DNA of 64,000 bases from a bacterium (GCA_021824345.1 JAKAKW010000004.1:11019-75018); one strand, 5' to 3'. Positions 35,357-45,226 are shown, numbered from the stretch's first letter. Made by a program: numbers and translations. The notes: generated by a model from the sequence alone, not told the origin.

Positions 35357-35716
35357 TTATTTCTCCAGAAACTCAATCCTCGCCATTTCCGCGCCGTCTG
35401 AAACTCGCGGACCGAGCTTAAATATTCTGGTGTATCCGCCGTTCCTTTCTTCGTATCGCGGGGCAATTACCTCGAAAAGCTTCTTTGTGCACTTCTTGTC
35501 GTTGAAAAGGCGCGCGGAAATTATTTTTCTTGAGGATAGGTTGTCTTTTTTCGCCCTGGTAACCAATTTTTCCACGTAGGGGCGCAACTCCTTCGCCTTG
35601 GGCAAAGTGGTCTTTATCTTCTCCCGGACAATCAGATTCATCGCCAAAGACTTCAAGAGAGCATTTCTCTGATTCTTTGACCTTCCGAATTTTCTGTTCG
35701 CGTTATGGTGTCTCAT
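35357..35716 (-). CDS. rplQ: 50S ribosomal protein L17
   Basis: 'MRHHNANRKFGRSKNQRNALLKSLAMNLI', 'GGYTRIFKLGPR'. Confidence 0.9.
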   Translation of the reverse strand: MRHHNANRKFGRSKNQRNALLKSLAMNLIVREKIKTTLPKAKELRPYVEKLVTRAKKDNLSSRKIISARLFNDKKCTKKLFEVIAPRYEERNGGYTRIFKLGPRVSDGAEMARIEFLEK

Positions 35717-35722
35717 CTCAAG

Positions 35723-36703
35723 TTATTCCTTCAGATTAAGCCCGAAAGAAGCAAGCACTTTCTTTATTTCGGAAATTCCTTTCTCGCCAATGCCTTCCAC
35801 CTCCAAAAGGTCTTCCATCTTCTTCCGAGCCAATCCTCCGAGAGTCCGGATATTGGCCGCAGAAAGGGCATTTTGAGTCCTGGTGGAAAGATTCAGCATG
35901 TCAGTGCGAGTCTTCAAGGCTTCCGTGAGGTCTTCCGTTTTTTTGCCTTCTTCTTTCTTCCCTTTTACTTCAATCTCCTCTTCTGTCTTTTCCTCTTCCT
36001 CTTCCGGTTCTTTGAAATCAATGATGCCGGAAAGTTGGTTTATCATTATCTCTATGGATTGAAGAAACGCCTGGCGCGGCGTAAGCGTGCCGTCCGTTTC
36101 AATGGTCATGCGCAGGCGATTGTAGTTTATTTTGTCGCCTACTCGCATGTTCTCAACTTCGTACGCCACCCGGCGAATGGGAGTAAAGATCGCATCCACC
36201 GCAATGGTTCCGATATCCACTTTTTCTTTCTGTACGATTTCCTTCGGCACGAATCCAAGGCCTTTTTCAAGGCGCATTTCAATGTTTAAATTGGTCTTTC
36301 CGGTAATTGAAGCGATATGCACTTCCGGAGTAAGTATTTCAACCTGTCCGCCGGCCTTTATGTCAGCGGCGGTCACATCCTTGGGTCCTTTTACGGAAAG
36401 AGTGACGGTTTGCGGGTCGTCGGAAAGCATTTTGAAGCGGATCTTTTTTAGATTCAGGATGATCATGATCACATCCTCCTTGATACCTTCCACTGTCTCG
36501 AATTCATGGGAAACCCCTTCTATTTTCACATGGGTAATGCTTGCTCCCGGCAAGGAAGAAAGAATTATTCTGCGCAGGCTGTTGCCGAGAGTATGCCCAT
36601 AGCCTGGATACAGGCCGTCTATTTCAAACACGCCCTTGTCGCCATCCTCGGAAACGATACGGGGCTTGGAAGGCGTTATTATTTTATATTTGTTTTCGGG
36701 CAT
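35723..36703 (-). CDS. rpoA: DNA-directed RNA polymerase alpha subunit
   Basis: N-terminal domain 'GHTLGNSLRRILLSSLPGASIT' and a C-terminal domain with an HhH; 326 aa; it sits in the alpha-operon context. Confidence 0.92.
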   Translation of the reverse strand: MPENKYKIITPSKPRIVSEDGDKGVFEIDGLYPGYGHTLGNSLRRIILSSLPGASITHVKIEGVSHEFETVEGIKEDVIMIILNLKKIRFKMLSDDPQTVTLSVKGPKDVTAADIKAGGQVEILTPEVHIASITGKTNLNIEMRLEKGLGFVPKEIVQKEKVDIGTIAVDAIFTPIRRVAYEVENMRVGDKINYNRLRMTIETDGTLTPRQAFLQSIEIMINQLSGIIDFKEPEEEEEKTEEEIEVKGKKEEGKKTEDLTEALKTRTDMLNLSTRTQNALSAANIRTLGGLARKKMEDLLEVEGIGEKGISEIKKVLASFGLNLKE

Positions 36704-36757
36704 ATCTTTAAAAAATTAATTATTAAAATTTATAAAAAAAATTAAAGCGCATTTAAA

Positions 36758-37363
36758 TCAGCGGCTGTAGAACTCAAGCACCGCATTCAAATCAAAAAAG
36801 GTGTCAGTTTTTTTCGGTTTGGCAAGAATCTTGCCCCGCATGGCGGACGGATCAAAGTTGACCCAACCCGGGAACACATAATCCTTCATCTTATCGGGAA
36901 GCCCGTTCCATATTTTTTTGCCCTTTGATCCCTCGCGGATTTCGATTGCATCGCCGGGCTTCACGGTAAAGGATGGCACGGTTACCTTTCGGCCGTTCAC
37001 CATGAAATGTCCGTGAGAGACCATCTGCCTGGCAGCTCTCCTGGAGGGCGCAAGCCCCATGCGGTAAACGGAATTGTCAAGGCGAAGCTCAAGTTCCTCG
37101 TAGAATTTTTCCGCCGCGCCGGATCCTTTGACCAATTCTGCCTTGCGCACGTAATTGGACAGCTGGCGCTCCGTAATGCCGTAGGAAAAACGGACTTTCT
37201 GTTTTTCTATCAGCTGGGTGCCGTATTCAGAGAGCCCTCTCGGGCGCCGCCCTCTCGCGGCGCCGAATTTACCGGAAGCGGCCGAAAACTTCGGGGTCTG
37301 GCACTTGTCGTACACTCCCGCTCCCAGTCTTCTGCCTATTTTAAATTTTGGTTTGGAAATCAT
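36758..37363 (-). CDS. rpsD: 30S ribosomal protein S4
   Basis: 'RLDNSVYRMGLAPSRRAARQMVSHGHFMVNGRKVTVPSFTVKPGD' (S4 domain). Confidence 0.9.
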   Translation of the reverse strand: MISKPKFKIGRRLGAGVYDKCQTPKFSAASGKFGAARGRRPRGLSEYGTQLIEKQKVRFSYGITERQLSNYVRKAELVKGSGAAEKFYEELELRLDNSVYRMGLAPSRRAARQMVSHGHFMVNGRKVTVPSFTVKPGDAIEIREGSKGKKIWNGLPDKMKDYVFPGWVNFDPSAMRGKILAKPKKTDTFFDLNAVLEFYSR

Positions 37364-37389
37364 AATTTAAATCAATTTAATCAAACGAC

Positions 37390-37857
37390 TTATACTCTGC
37401 GCGGCTTCTTGGGTTTGGGCCCGTTATGCGGGACCGGCGTCCTGTCTTTGACGGAGGTTATCTCCATGCCGTGCGCCATTATTGCTCGAATGGTGGGTTC
37501 TCTGCCGGACCCGATTCCTTTAACTATTACATCAATGTCTTTCACTCCCATCGCTTCCATTTTAGTTCCGATTATGTCCCCCACTTTCGAAGCGGCAAAG
37601 GGCGTGCCCTTCTTCGCTCCCTTGAATCCCAGAGCTCCGGAGCTTCCTGAAAAAAGCGCGTTGCCCAGCTTGTCTGTGAAAAGAACTTTGGTATTGTTAA
37701 AAGTCGCTTCAATGTGCACAATGCCGGAAGTGATCTTTTTCTTGGACGACCTGCCGGCCGTTTTCTTTTCCTTGCTTTCTTCCTCATGCAAAGCTTCCTC
37801 GGTTTTTGTTCCGTTCTCGGCTTCGTCCTCTTTGATTGTAATTTTTGTCTTTCCCAT
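37390..37857 (-). CDS. rpsK: 30S ribosomal protein S11 with a charged N-terminal extension
   Basis: 'GIVHIEATFNNTKVLFTDKLGNALFSGSSGALGFKGAKKGTPFAA', 'GSGREPTIRAI'. Confidence 0.9.
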   Translation of the reverse strand: MGKTKITIKEDEAENGTKTEEALHEEESKEKKTAGRSSKKKITSGIVHIEATFNNTKVLFTDKLGNALFSGSSGALGFKGAKKGTPFAASKVGDIIGTKMEAMGVKDIDVIVKGIGSGREPTIRAIMAHGMEITSVKDRTPVPHNGPKPKKPRRV

Positions 37858-37860
37858 ATT

Positions 37861-38241
37861 TTATGTCTTGCTTTCTTTCCTTCTGCCGGAGGACATCGTT
37901 TTGCGAACGTTGCCTCTGATGGTTCTTGAATTTGTCTTGGTCCGCTGTCCGCGCACAGGCAGGCGCTTCATGTGCCTGGTTCCGCGATAAGATTTGATGT
38001 CTTTCAGGCGCTTGATGTTTCCGGCGATCTCCCGCTTCAAGTTTCCTTCAATTTTCATGCTCTCGATGATGCCTCTGATTTTGTTTTCTTCCTCCTCGCT
38101 CAGGTCTGGGGCTTTCTTGCCGCGCGGAACATTCACCTGGTCCAGAATCTTTCGGGCAGTGGAAATGCCTATGCCGTAGAGGCAAGTAAGGGCGATTTCC
38201 AGTCTTTTTTCGTTTGGTACGGTGATTCCTAAAACTCTCAT
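37861..38241 (-). CDS. rpsM: 30S ribosomal protein S13
   Basis: 'MRVLGITVPNEKRLEIALTCLYGIGISTARKIL', 'YRGTRHMKRLPVRGQRTKTNSRT'. Confidence 0.9.
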   Translation of the reverse strand: MRVLGITVPNEKRLEIALTCLYGIGISTARKILDQVNVPRGKKAPDLSEEEENKIRGIIESMKIEGNLKREIAGNIKRLKDIKSYRGTRHMKRLPVRGQRTKTNSRTIRGNVRKTMSSGRRKESKT

Positions 38242-38243
38242 AA

Positions 38244-38354
38244 TTATTGTTTCTGCTTATGCTTAGGGTTTTCGCAAATCACCCGCAGATGTTTTCCGCG
38301 CTTCACTATTTTGCATTTTGCGCAAATCTTTTTTACGGATGCTTTTATCTTCAT
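38244..38354 (-). CDS. rpmJ: 50S ribosomal protein L36
   Basis: Not in the ORF track because it is under 60 aa. The reverse complement translates to [36 protein letters not shown] (the CxxC...C...H zinc-ribbon signature of L36). It sits between rpsM and infA as in canonical operons. Confidence 0.8.
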   Translation of the reverse strand: MKIKASVKKICAKCKIVKRGKHLRVICENPKHKQKQ

Positions 38355-38486
38355 ATCTTTGATAATTTTATAAAAAAATGCCGGCCCGTTCCGCAACAAG
38401 ACAAAAACAAGGGGAAAACCCTTATTTTTCTCTCGTTATCTGGTTATGGCAAACAGTACTGTGTATTATACACGACCCAAAAAAAA

Positions 38487-38720
38487 TTACAACCTCCGGG
38501 TAATTCTCCCCTTTCCTCCATAAGGATCAAGAAGGACTTCCACTTTGTCGCCCACGAGCACCTTTATGCGGTGCATTCTCATTTTGCCCGACAAGTAGGC
38601 CAGGATTTCTTTTTCCTCCGGTCCCTCTCCGACGTGAATTCGCACACGAAAGAGCGTGGAAGGTAGAGCCTCGCTGACCATTCCGCGAACCGTAGGGTTT
38701 TCGTTTTCCTGACCGCTCAT
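38487..38720 (-). CDS. infA: Translation initiation factor IF-1
   Basis: S1-like 'VRGMVSEALPSTLFRVRIHVGEGPEEKEILAYLSGKMRMHRIKVLVGDKVEV'. Confidence 0.9.
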   Translation of the reverse strand: MSGQENENPTVRGMVSEALPSTLFRVRIHVGEGPEEKEILAYLSGKMRMHRIKVLVGDKVEVLLDPYGGKGRITRRL

Positions 38721-38758
38721 CTTAAATCAGAGTAACTATATCAAATGAAACGCTAAAG

Positions 38759-40114
38759 TCAATTGGAAGCGGGGTAATTTACCTTTACCGTTATCTCTGA
38801 CGCTCTTTCCGGGAAACTTTGCCGCCAGACCGGCTGGATAGACAAATCCGCGGAAGCCACGTGCGGATACTTGGACATTATTTGTTTAAAGTCGCTCTTG
38901 TTCCTTCCAAGAACGTCCGATATCAGTTTGTTTGAATCAAATTTGTACACCGCCGAAGGCGACCCGGAAAGAGAAAATGAAATGGTGCCGGCTGTGGCAA
39001 AGTCCACGCTTCCGGCATTGGCAAGAGAAAATGACAGATCCTTCAGATTTGAAATATTCACATCGCTCCCGTCGTAATCAGACATGGTTTTTTGCACGAT
39101 TTCTTTGGTGATTTCCGCTTCCGGAAACAGGAATCCGTACAATGTTCCGTGAAGGGTGTATGTTGCGGATCCCTGGCTGTCCGCAGGCTTCAGGTCTTCG
39201 CCCGTTTCCTCCAAGAAAACCGCGTCTTTCCATAATATGAATCCAGCCGGGATTTGCCCGCTCGCCTTCTTCAATAGGCTCGCCTTGAGCGAATCTTTCA
39301 TCTCCGCCAAGGCGGCGGATTTTTGTCCGTCGGAAATCGCAACGGAGGTTCCTTGGAAACCGCCGGATATTTGGCCTTTGGATCGGCCGTAAAATTTGTC
39401 ATATTTCGGACTTCCTTTGAATCCCACTATTTTGAAATCAAGCGGGGAACTGTTGTAATCGGCGCCCGGCATAGAAGCATGAATGCCCACTTCCACGCTG
39501 CCGGGAGCGCCTGCAGACAAGCCCGGAACTGTGATTTTTTTGTCCGTTTTATATATCTTGCCATTGGACCCTTCAAGGCGCGTGTTTACATCAAGAGTTT
39601 GAGGAGACGCGCTGTAATCGTTATAAATTAGCACGGTTCCCGCAGCCGGAACGGAAACCTGCTTTTCTTCACCTCCTTGGAGAACCTTGCTCTCGTCACC
39701 GGACAAGCTGACCAGGTCAAAGGAAAGTCCGGCGGCAGACTTATCTTTGGAAGCTGAGAAATTCCCGTTCAAGGAAAGAGTTTCCGTTTCAGGCTTTATG
39801 GTAATTTCAGCCTTGGAAAAAAGAAGCGAAACCGCGAAAAAAAGGAAAATCAGCGCAATTCCGGCCAGCAGCCAAAGCCCGTAGCGTGAACGCGCTTTTT
39901 TTCGGGAAGAAAAGCCGCGCTTCTTGAATTTCTTTTCGGTTTTTTCTATCTCGGGAATCCATTCCGGGGATATTTCCATCTCTTCCGGCTCTTCTTCCTC
40001 CGGAGGGCGGCGAAGCGGGGCGGCGGGGCGCTCCGGGCTAACGGAAACCCTGCCCGGCGTCATGCGCTGACTGCGTTTCCCTTTCGCCATATCTTCAAAA
40101 AATTTCTTTGGCAT
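38759..40114 (-). CDS. Hypothetical single-pass membrane protein with a basic/Pro-rich cytoplasmic N-terminus and a large extracytoplasmic domain
   Basis: 451 aa with one TM ('LWLLAGIALIFLFFAVSLLF') about 90 aa from the N-terminus. It lies immediately downstream of the PilM/FtsA-like gene; PilN/PilO-like topology, but no recognisable motifs. Confidence 0.5.
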   Translation of the reverse strand: MPKKFFEDMAKGKRSQRMTPGRVSVSPERPAAPLRRPPEEEEPEEMEISPEWIPEIEKTEKKFKKRGFSSRKKARSRYGLWLLAGIALIFLFFAVSLLFSKAEITIKPETETLSLNGNFSASKDKSAAGLSFDLVSLSGDESKVLQGGEEKQVSVPAAGTVLIYNDYSASPQTLDVNTRLEGSNGKIYKTDKKITVPGLSAGAPGSVEVGIHASMPGADYNSSPLDFKIVGFKGSPKYDKFYGRSKGQISGGFQGTSVAISDGQKSAALAEMKDSLKASLLKKASGQIPAGFILWKDAVFLEETGEDLKPADSQGSATYTLHGTLYGFLFPEAEITKEIVQKTMSDYDGSDVNISNLKDLSFSLANAGSVDFATAGTISFSLSGSPSAVYKFDSNKLISDVLGRNKSDFKQIMSKYPHVASADLSIQPVWRQSFPERASEITVKVNYPASN

Positions 40115-40128
40115 AGTACTTTATTTTA

Positions 40129-41277
40129 TCAAACAAAACGGCGCAGATAAAGCGAGTGCAGCGCTTCCTTGCTGAAAAAAACGGTTTTGAACTTTGATTC
40201 AGACCAGTCATATTGATGCGATTGTTCCCTGCCTATAGCGCGCTGGAAAAATCCGCTGTATCTTGGATCGGTAACAACCACCACCGAGGATGGGGCGGCC
40301 ACGTCGTCGGAAATGTCGGACAACGCCCGCTCGAATTCGGAAAGCCAGGCATCACCGGCTCCCTTTAAGGCCGGCGCCATGCGCCTGCCGAGCAATCTTT
40401 CGGCGTGTCCTCGAACATGCAATGACACCAAGGAAGCCGCTTCTATGCGGGAAGAGCCGAAATTTCTGGCCAAATGTCGGGAAAGGAATCCGGAACCGAT
40501 GGGAAAAGACAGAAAACCGGAAAGTTCTCCTTTCTTTACCATGGATAAATCGGTTGTTTCTCCGCCGATTTCCACAAGAAGATAGTCGTTTTCAGAAAAC
40601 AAATCCCGGGTTGCCGAAAATGAGGCGAAACACGAGGACATGAATTTTAAGCTCGGATTGTGAAAATATCCATTTACCGCGCTTCTCATTTTTTCAAGGA
40701 TATCACTCGGAGCAGCGGAAATGTAAACTGAGACCTCGAGCTCTTTGGCTTTTTTGCCGAGAGGCGAAGCGGCCGCATAACCGTTCAACAAAGTTCTCAT
40801 GGTTTTGAGTTCGATCGGTTCCATTCCTTCTCCGGATCGGTTTCCGTATTCCGCCATATATCGGCTTTCCAAGAGCTCCGCTTCCTTGCGCAGAAGTTCA
40901 TCCGCCAATTTGGCGGTAAAGACGAAAGGAACATTCTTTGCCATTTTAATTTTTCGGATTTCAGAAACATACCATGGAGAAGAGAGAAGGCAAAAAATTT
41001 TGTCCGGGGCGGGCATGTGCAGGGCAAATACCTCGCCGAGGGCCGCCTTTAGGGAGCGAAGGGTGGCGGCAAGGAAGCGTTCAGGGTCTCCTTCTTCCAT
41101 GTCTATCGGCTCTCGAACGGAAAAAACATCTCTAGTGCCCGCTTCGCTTGATTCAAGAACCGAAGCTCCTATGAAAGAAGAATCTATATCCAATATCAGT
41201 ACCCTCTCCGTATCCTTTTTTTCCCGAGAAAAAATTCCCATGGAAGTATTATACAACAGATGCACAGAGGCGGGCAA
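40129..41277 (-). CDS. Actin-fold (ASKHA) protein, PilM/FtsA-like
   Basis: Phosphate-1-like 'VLILDIDSSFIGASVLE' and phosphate-2-like 'LLVEIGGETTDLSMV' motifs. Confidence 0.5.
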   Translation of the reverse strand: MPASVHLLYNTSMGIFSREKKDTERVLILDIDSSFIGASVLESSEAGTRDVFSVREPIDMEEGDPERFLAATLRSLKAALGEVFALHMPAPDKIFCLLSSPWYVSEIRKIKMAKNVPFVFTAKLADELLRKEAELLESRYMAEYGNRSGEGMEPIELKTMRTLLNGYAAASPLGKKAKELEVSVYISAAPSDILEKMRSAVNGYFHNPSLKFMSSCFASFSATRDLFSENDYLLVEIGGETTDLSMVKKGELSGFLSFPIGSGFLSRHLARNFGSSRIEAASLVSLHVRGHAERLLGRRMAPALKGAGDAWLSEFERALSDISDDVAAPSSVVVVTDPRYSGFFQRAIGREQSHQYDWSESKFKTVFFSKEALHSLYLRRFV

Positions 41278-41382
41278 TGAACACTGGTCGAAGGGGGTTT
41301 CGAGCGCGACGGCGAGAGAACTTCAGGGATTTTTTCAGCAGAAAAAATCCCGTACCCGGAGACCCGTGTTTATTGCCCGCCT

Positions 41383-43044
41383 TTAGGATTGTTGCGAAAG
41401 AGAAGCTTTTATGCGGCGCACTCCGGCAGAAACAGCTTCTTCTTTCAGTATCTTAAACACGCCCAGTTCTCCGGTGTTATCCGCATGGGGCCCGCCGCAG
41501 AATTCTTTTGAAATAATATTCCCTTCATTATCTTGAATGAAATACACGGAAACTACTTCAGGATATTTGGCGCCGAATTCCATTTCCGCTCCGAGCTTTT
41601 CGGCTTCGGCAAGGGGCATTTTCTTTCGTATCACCGACAATTTATTGCCAATTTGCTCATTCACCCATTCTTCCGTTTTTTTCTTTTCCTCATCCGTAAG
41701 CTTGTGATCGCATACGAAGTCCATGCGCAGGCGCTCATGGTTTATATTGCTGCCCCGTTGTTTTACGGACGGCCCCACCACGCGCTGGAGAGCGGCCAAA
41801 AGCAAGTGGTGCGCGGTGTGCAATTTTACGGTTTCCGGTTCATGGTCGGCCAACCCCCCTTTGAACATTCCGGCGGCGGCCGTCTGGGAAAGCTTTTGAT
41901 GTTCAGCCATTTTTCTATCGAATTCCTCCCGGTTGATTTTTTGCCCTTTCTCCGCAGCCAATTCCTCCGTAAGTTCTATCGGGAATCCGTAAGTGGTAAA
42001 GAGAATGAAAGGATCGGTCCCCTTTTCAAATTCTTTCATCCCCCTGGAGAGGGTTTCTCTGAATTTTTCTTCTTCTCTTTTTATTTCTCCCTTGTCATCA
42101 AGTTCATATACGCCTTCGTATACTTTCTTTATTTTCCGGATCAGATCCTCAAGCGGTTCATTGGAAAAGCGCACTGCCCGGCGGATCAGCCTGCGCACTA
42201 TATATCCCCTGCCGGTGTTGTCGGGCTTGGCGCCGTCCGAAATCATAAAAAGGGCCGCTTTCACGTGATCAGCGACAATTCTTTTCTCCTTGGTGTTTTC
42301 TTCAAAAAATACGTCCGTATCAAAAATGCTTTTTTTATTCTGTACCGTCGCCAGCAGGCGCTCAAAGCCCATGCCGGTATCTATCCCGAGAGTCTCAAGC
42401 TTTCGAAGGTTCGCCTCTCCCCGGTCAAGTTTTTCTCTTGATCCGTCGCAAAAGAATTCGTTAAAAACGATGTTCCATATTTCCACATCCTCACCGGAAG
42501 CGTTCTTGCAATAAACCTCCGTGGTCGGCCCGCACGGACCGTTATCTCCGGTTGGGCCCCAAAATACCGCATCCATGCCTTCTTCCCTTATGTCTCCAAC
42601 TCCGAGATCCTTCCAGTATTTTTTTGATTCTTCATCCTTCGGCACGGCATCAGACCCTTCAAAAACCGTTACGTAAGAAATGGCCAGGCCCAGCTCCTTT
42701 GTAATAAATTCATAAGCGTATTTTATGGCCTCCTTCTTGCCGTATCCTCCGAAGGAAAAATTTCCGAGCATTTCAAAAAAAGTAAGGTGCGTGTTGTCCC
42801 CCACCTCTTCTATGTCCGGCGTGCGAATGCACTTCTGCACCGTAACGGTATTTTTGCCTCCAAAATCACGAACGGCGTTATTCGGAGCGGTATAGTACGG
42901 CTTGAACTGCTGCATGCCGGCGGTAGTAAAAAGAACCGTCGGATCATTCTCCGGCACCAAGGAAGAAGAAGCCACCTTTTTGTGGCCGTTCTTTTCAAAA
43001 TATTCCAGAAATTTTTTCCTAAGTTCTCTTGAATCCATATCCAT
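41383..43044 (-). CDS. alaS: Alanyl-tRNA synthetase, short form (553 aa, lacking the C-terminal C-Ala domain)
   Basis: Class II catalytic core 'FTTAGMQQFKPYY', 'GNFSFGGYGKKEAI', 'TGMGFERL'; editing-domain 'HTAHHLLLAALQRV' and 'CGGPHADNTGELG'. It ends shortly after the editing domain. Confidence 0.85.
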   Translation of the reverse strand: MDMDSRELRKKFLEYFEKNGHKKVASSSLVPENDPTVLFTTAGMQQFKPYYTAPNNAVRDFGGKNTVTVQKCIRTPDIEEVGDNTHLTFFEMLGNFSFGGYGKKEAIKYAYEFITKELGLAISYVTVFEGSDAVPKDEESKKYWKDLGVGDIREEGMDAVFWGPTGDNGPCGPTTEVYCKNASGEDVEIWNIVFNEFFCDGSREKLDRGEANLRKLETLGIDTGMGFERLLATVQNKKSIFDTDVFFEENTKEKRIVADHVKAALFMISDGAKPDNTGRGYIVRRLIRRAVRFSNEPLEDLIRKIKKVYEGVYELDDKGEIKREEEKFRETLSRGMKEFEKGTDPFILFTTYGFPIELTEELAAEKGQKINREEFDRKMAEHQKLSQTAAAGMFKGGLADHEPETVKLHTAHHLLLAALQRVVGPSVKQRGSNINHERLRMDFVCDHKLTDEEKKKTEEWVNEQIGNKLSVIRKKMPLAEAEKLGAEMEFGAKYPEVVSVYFIQDNEGNIISKEFCGGPHADNTGELGVFKILKEEAVSAGVRRIKASLSQQS

Positions 43045-43536
43045 TCAACTGTCTCCGCCGTCCCTGATAACTCGGCTGGAATCTCTGTTGTCTATCCTTC
43101 TGCGAAGCGGTTTCTCAAGCATGTTTATTATAATAATTACCAAGAGCACCAGCACGGTGGAAATAGAGGCAAGAATTAAAAGTCCGAAGCCGGCCGCTGT
43201 GCCAATGCCGGCCGTGACCCAAAGCCCGCCGGCGGTCGTCAGACCGGACAGTTTACCGCCGTGCACAATGATCGTTCCGGCTCCAAGAAAGCCTATACCC
43301 ACCACTATCTGCGACGCTATCTTGGACGGATCAAGACTTGAGACCCCCGCATATTTTTGAGTAAGAATTTCGGAAACGATCACGAAAAGAGCGGAACCCA
43401 TTGCCACCATGGCGTGCGTACCCATGCCGGCTTCTTTATGGGCAAAAACCCGTTCCGCGCCGATAAGCATTCCAAGGAGAAGAGCCACTACCAATCTCCA
43501 TATTATCCCGCCGTTTTGTATAAGAAAATCTTGCAT
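43045..43536 (-). CDS. MgtC/SapB-family membrane protein
   Basis: 'RLVVALLLGMLIGAER', 'GMGTHAMVAMGSALF', 'AGGLWVTAGIGTAAGFG'. Confidence 0.8.
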   Translation of the reverse strand: MQDFLIQNGGIIWRLVVALLLGMLIGAERVFAHKEAGMGTHAMVAMGSALFVIVSEILTQKYAGVSSLDPSKIASQIVVGIGFLGAGTIIVHGGKLSGLTTAGGLWVTAGIGTAAGFGLLILASISTVLVLLVIIIINMLEKPLRRRIDNRDSSRVIRDGGDS

Positions 43537-43543
43537 TTAATGA

Positions 43544-44590
43544 TTATACGATAACGCCTCCGCCCATGCAAACATCTCCGTCATATATAACGCAGGATTG
43601 TCCCGATGCGAATGCCGCTTCCTTATCAAGCAAAATACAGGCGGTTCCGCGCTTATGGACGGCCGCTTTGCACGGCAGAAATTCCCCATGATACCTGATC
43701 TGGGCTGAATATTTTTTTTCTTTCTTGGGGGTTTGGAAAATCCAATTTACATCGCGCAAATAAATATTTTTCCCCGACGGTTTTTTTTGAGAAGATACCG
43801 TCAGGGTATTTTTTTTAGCGTTCTTTCCTATAACATAATATCTTCCGTCATCCGGGCTTTTCTCGGTAATGACAAACCCGTGACGTTCCCCCAGCGTATA
43901 TAAATTGGCTCCTTTATGCCAGCCGATTGTTTTCCCCTCTTCATTCAGCACCTTGCCTTTTTGGGGCTTAATGTAATGTTCCAAAAATTTTTTCAAATCC
44001 ACTTCGCCCAAGAAGCAAATGCCTTGGCTGTCCTTCTTATCCGCCACCGGCAAATTAAATTTTTTCGCCAAAGCGCGCACCTCCGATTTTTTCATTTCTC
44101 CCACCGGAAACAAAATTTTTGAAAGCTGTTTTTTCGTCAGCGTCCAAAGAAAATAACTTTGGTCCTTTGCCGGGTCTGCGCCTTTTTTCAGATTCCCATT
44201 TTCATTTATGGCATAATGCCCGGTTGCCACGCGGTCCGCTCCCATGGAAACGGCCTTGTTTAGAAATGCGCCGAATTTCACTTCTTTATTGCACATTACG
44301 TCCGGGTTCGGGGTCCGGCCGGCCCGGTATTCCCGAATCATATAGTCTGCTACCGCCTTTTTGTATTCACTCTCAAAATCAAAGGTAAGGAAAGGAATGC
44401 CCAGGCGCGCCGCGACGCGCATGGCATCGCGGCGCTCTTCCTCTTCCGTGCAGGGAAGAAAATCAGGATGCCAGGTGCGCATAAATACTCCCGCCACCTC
44501 ATATCCCTGTCTTTTGAGCAAAGCGGCGCTAAGCGCCGAGTCCACTCCGCCTGAAAGGCCGACAAATACGGTTTTGCCGTTCTTTTTCAT
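43544..44590 (-). CDS. mnmA: tRNA-specific 2-thiouridylase MnmA
   Basis: PP-loop 'VFVGLSGGVDSALSA', 'MCNKEVKFGAFL', 'ATGHYA', catalytic Cys 'SQGICFLG'. Confidence 0.88.
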   Translation of the reverse strand: MKKNGKTVFVGLSGGVDSALSAALLKRQGYEVAGVFMRTWHPDFLPCTEEEERRDAMRVAARLGIPFLTFDFESEYKKAVADYMIREYRAGRTPNPDVMCNKEVKFGAFLNKAVSMGADRVATGHYAINENGNLKKGADPAKDQSYFLWTLTKKQLSKILFPVGEMKKSEVRALAKKFNLPVADKKDSQGICFLGEVDLKKFLEHYIKPQKGKVLNEEGKTIGWHKGANLYTLGERHGFVITEKSPDDGRYYVIGKNAKKNTLTVSSQKKPSGKNIYLRDVNWIFQTPKKEKKYSAQIRYHGEFLPCKAAVHKRGTACILLDKEAAFASGQSCVIYDGDVCMGGGVIV

Positions 44591-44637
44591 AAAGAAATAC
44601 TATATCATTTTTATCTAATCGGAAAAGCCTAAGGAAG

Positions 44638-44661
44638 GCGGAGGGGCACCCTCCGCTTTTT
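44638..44661. terminator. Family-2-type hairpin GCGGAGGG-GCA-CCCTCCGC with a T5 run, between mnmA and the exonuclease gene
   Basis: 8-bp perfect stem followed by TTTTT, with an A/G-rich stretch on the other side. Confidence 0.55.
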
Positions 44662-45226
44662 ATAACTCCATTAGCTTCTTATAAAGTTCAAAGGTGGCCC
44701 TGGCGTCGGAAAGAGCAGTGTGAGCGTTCTTATTTTCAATGCCGAATTCTTCGCAAAGGCTGCGAAGGGAAAAATGATTAATGTCCTCCCGTCCGTGCAG
44801 CTTGGCAAAAGCGATGGAAATGGTGTCCAGCTTATGGTAATGCATTTTGTTTTCCACTCCGGCGGAGCGAAAGGCCTTTTCCAAAAACATGTAATCGAAA
44901 GCGATATTGTGGGAAACCATGATGGCATCCTTTGTCTTATTGGAAAGAATTTTCATGGCCTCCGGCAAGCTGTATGCGAATACCCAGTCGGCAGGGTCAT
45001 ACTTGTTTACCCGCAAAGACACCGGATCGGCGTCTTTAATCCGTTCCGGCTTTATCTTCAGTTCAAATTCTTCGGTTGTTTCAAAAACAGGATGTTCTTT
45101 TGTCCAATCCTGGCTTACTAGAACCACTCCGACAGAAATCAGTTCATGCCTGTCGGGATCCAGGCCGGTTGACTCGGTATCAATAAAAGCCAAGACATGC
45201 TTCTTCATATTATTGCATTGTACCAC
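44660..45226 (-). CDS. DEDDh 3'-5' exonuclease (DNA polymerase III epsilon-like)
   Basis: 'FIDTESTGLDP' (Exo I), 'MVSHNIAFDYMFL' (Exo II), 'HTALSDARAT' (Exo III). The true start may be MKKHVLAF at 45208. Confidence 0.8.
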   Translation of the reverse strand: MVQCNNMKKHVLAFIDTESTGLDPDRHELISVGVVLVSQDWTKEHPVFETTEEFELKIKPERIKDADPVSLRVNKYDPADWVFAYSLPEAMKILSNKTKDAIMVSHNIAFDYMFLEKAFRSAGVENKMHYHKLDTISIAFAKLHGREDINHFSLRSLCEEFGIENKNAHTALSDARATFELYKKLMEL

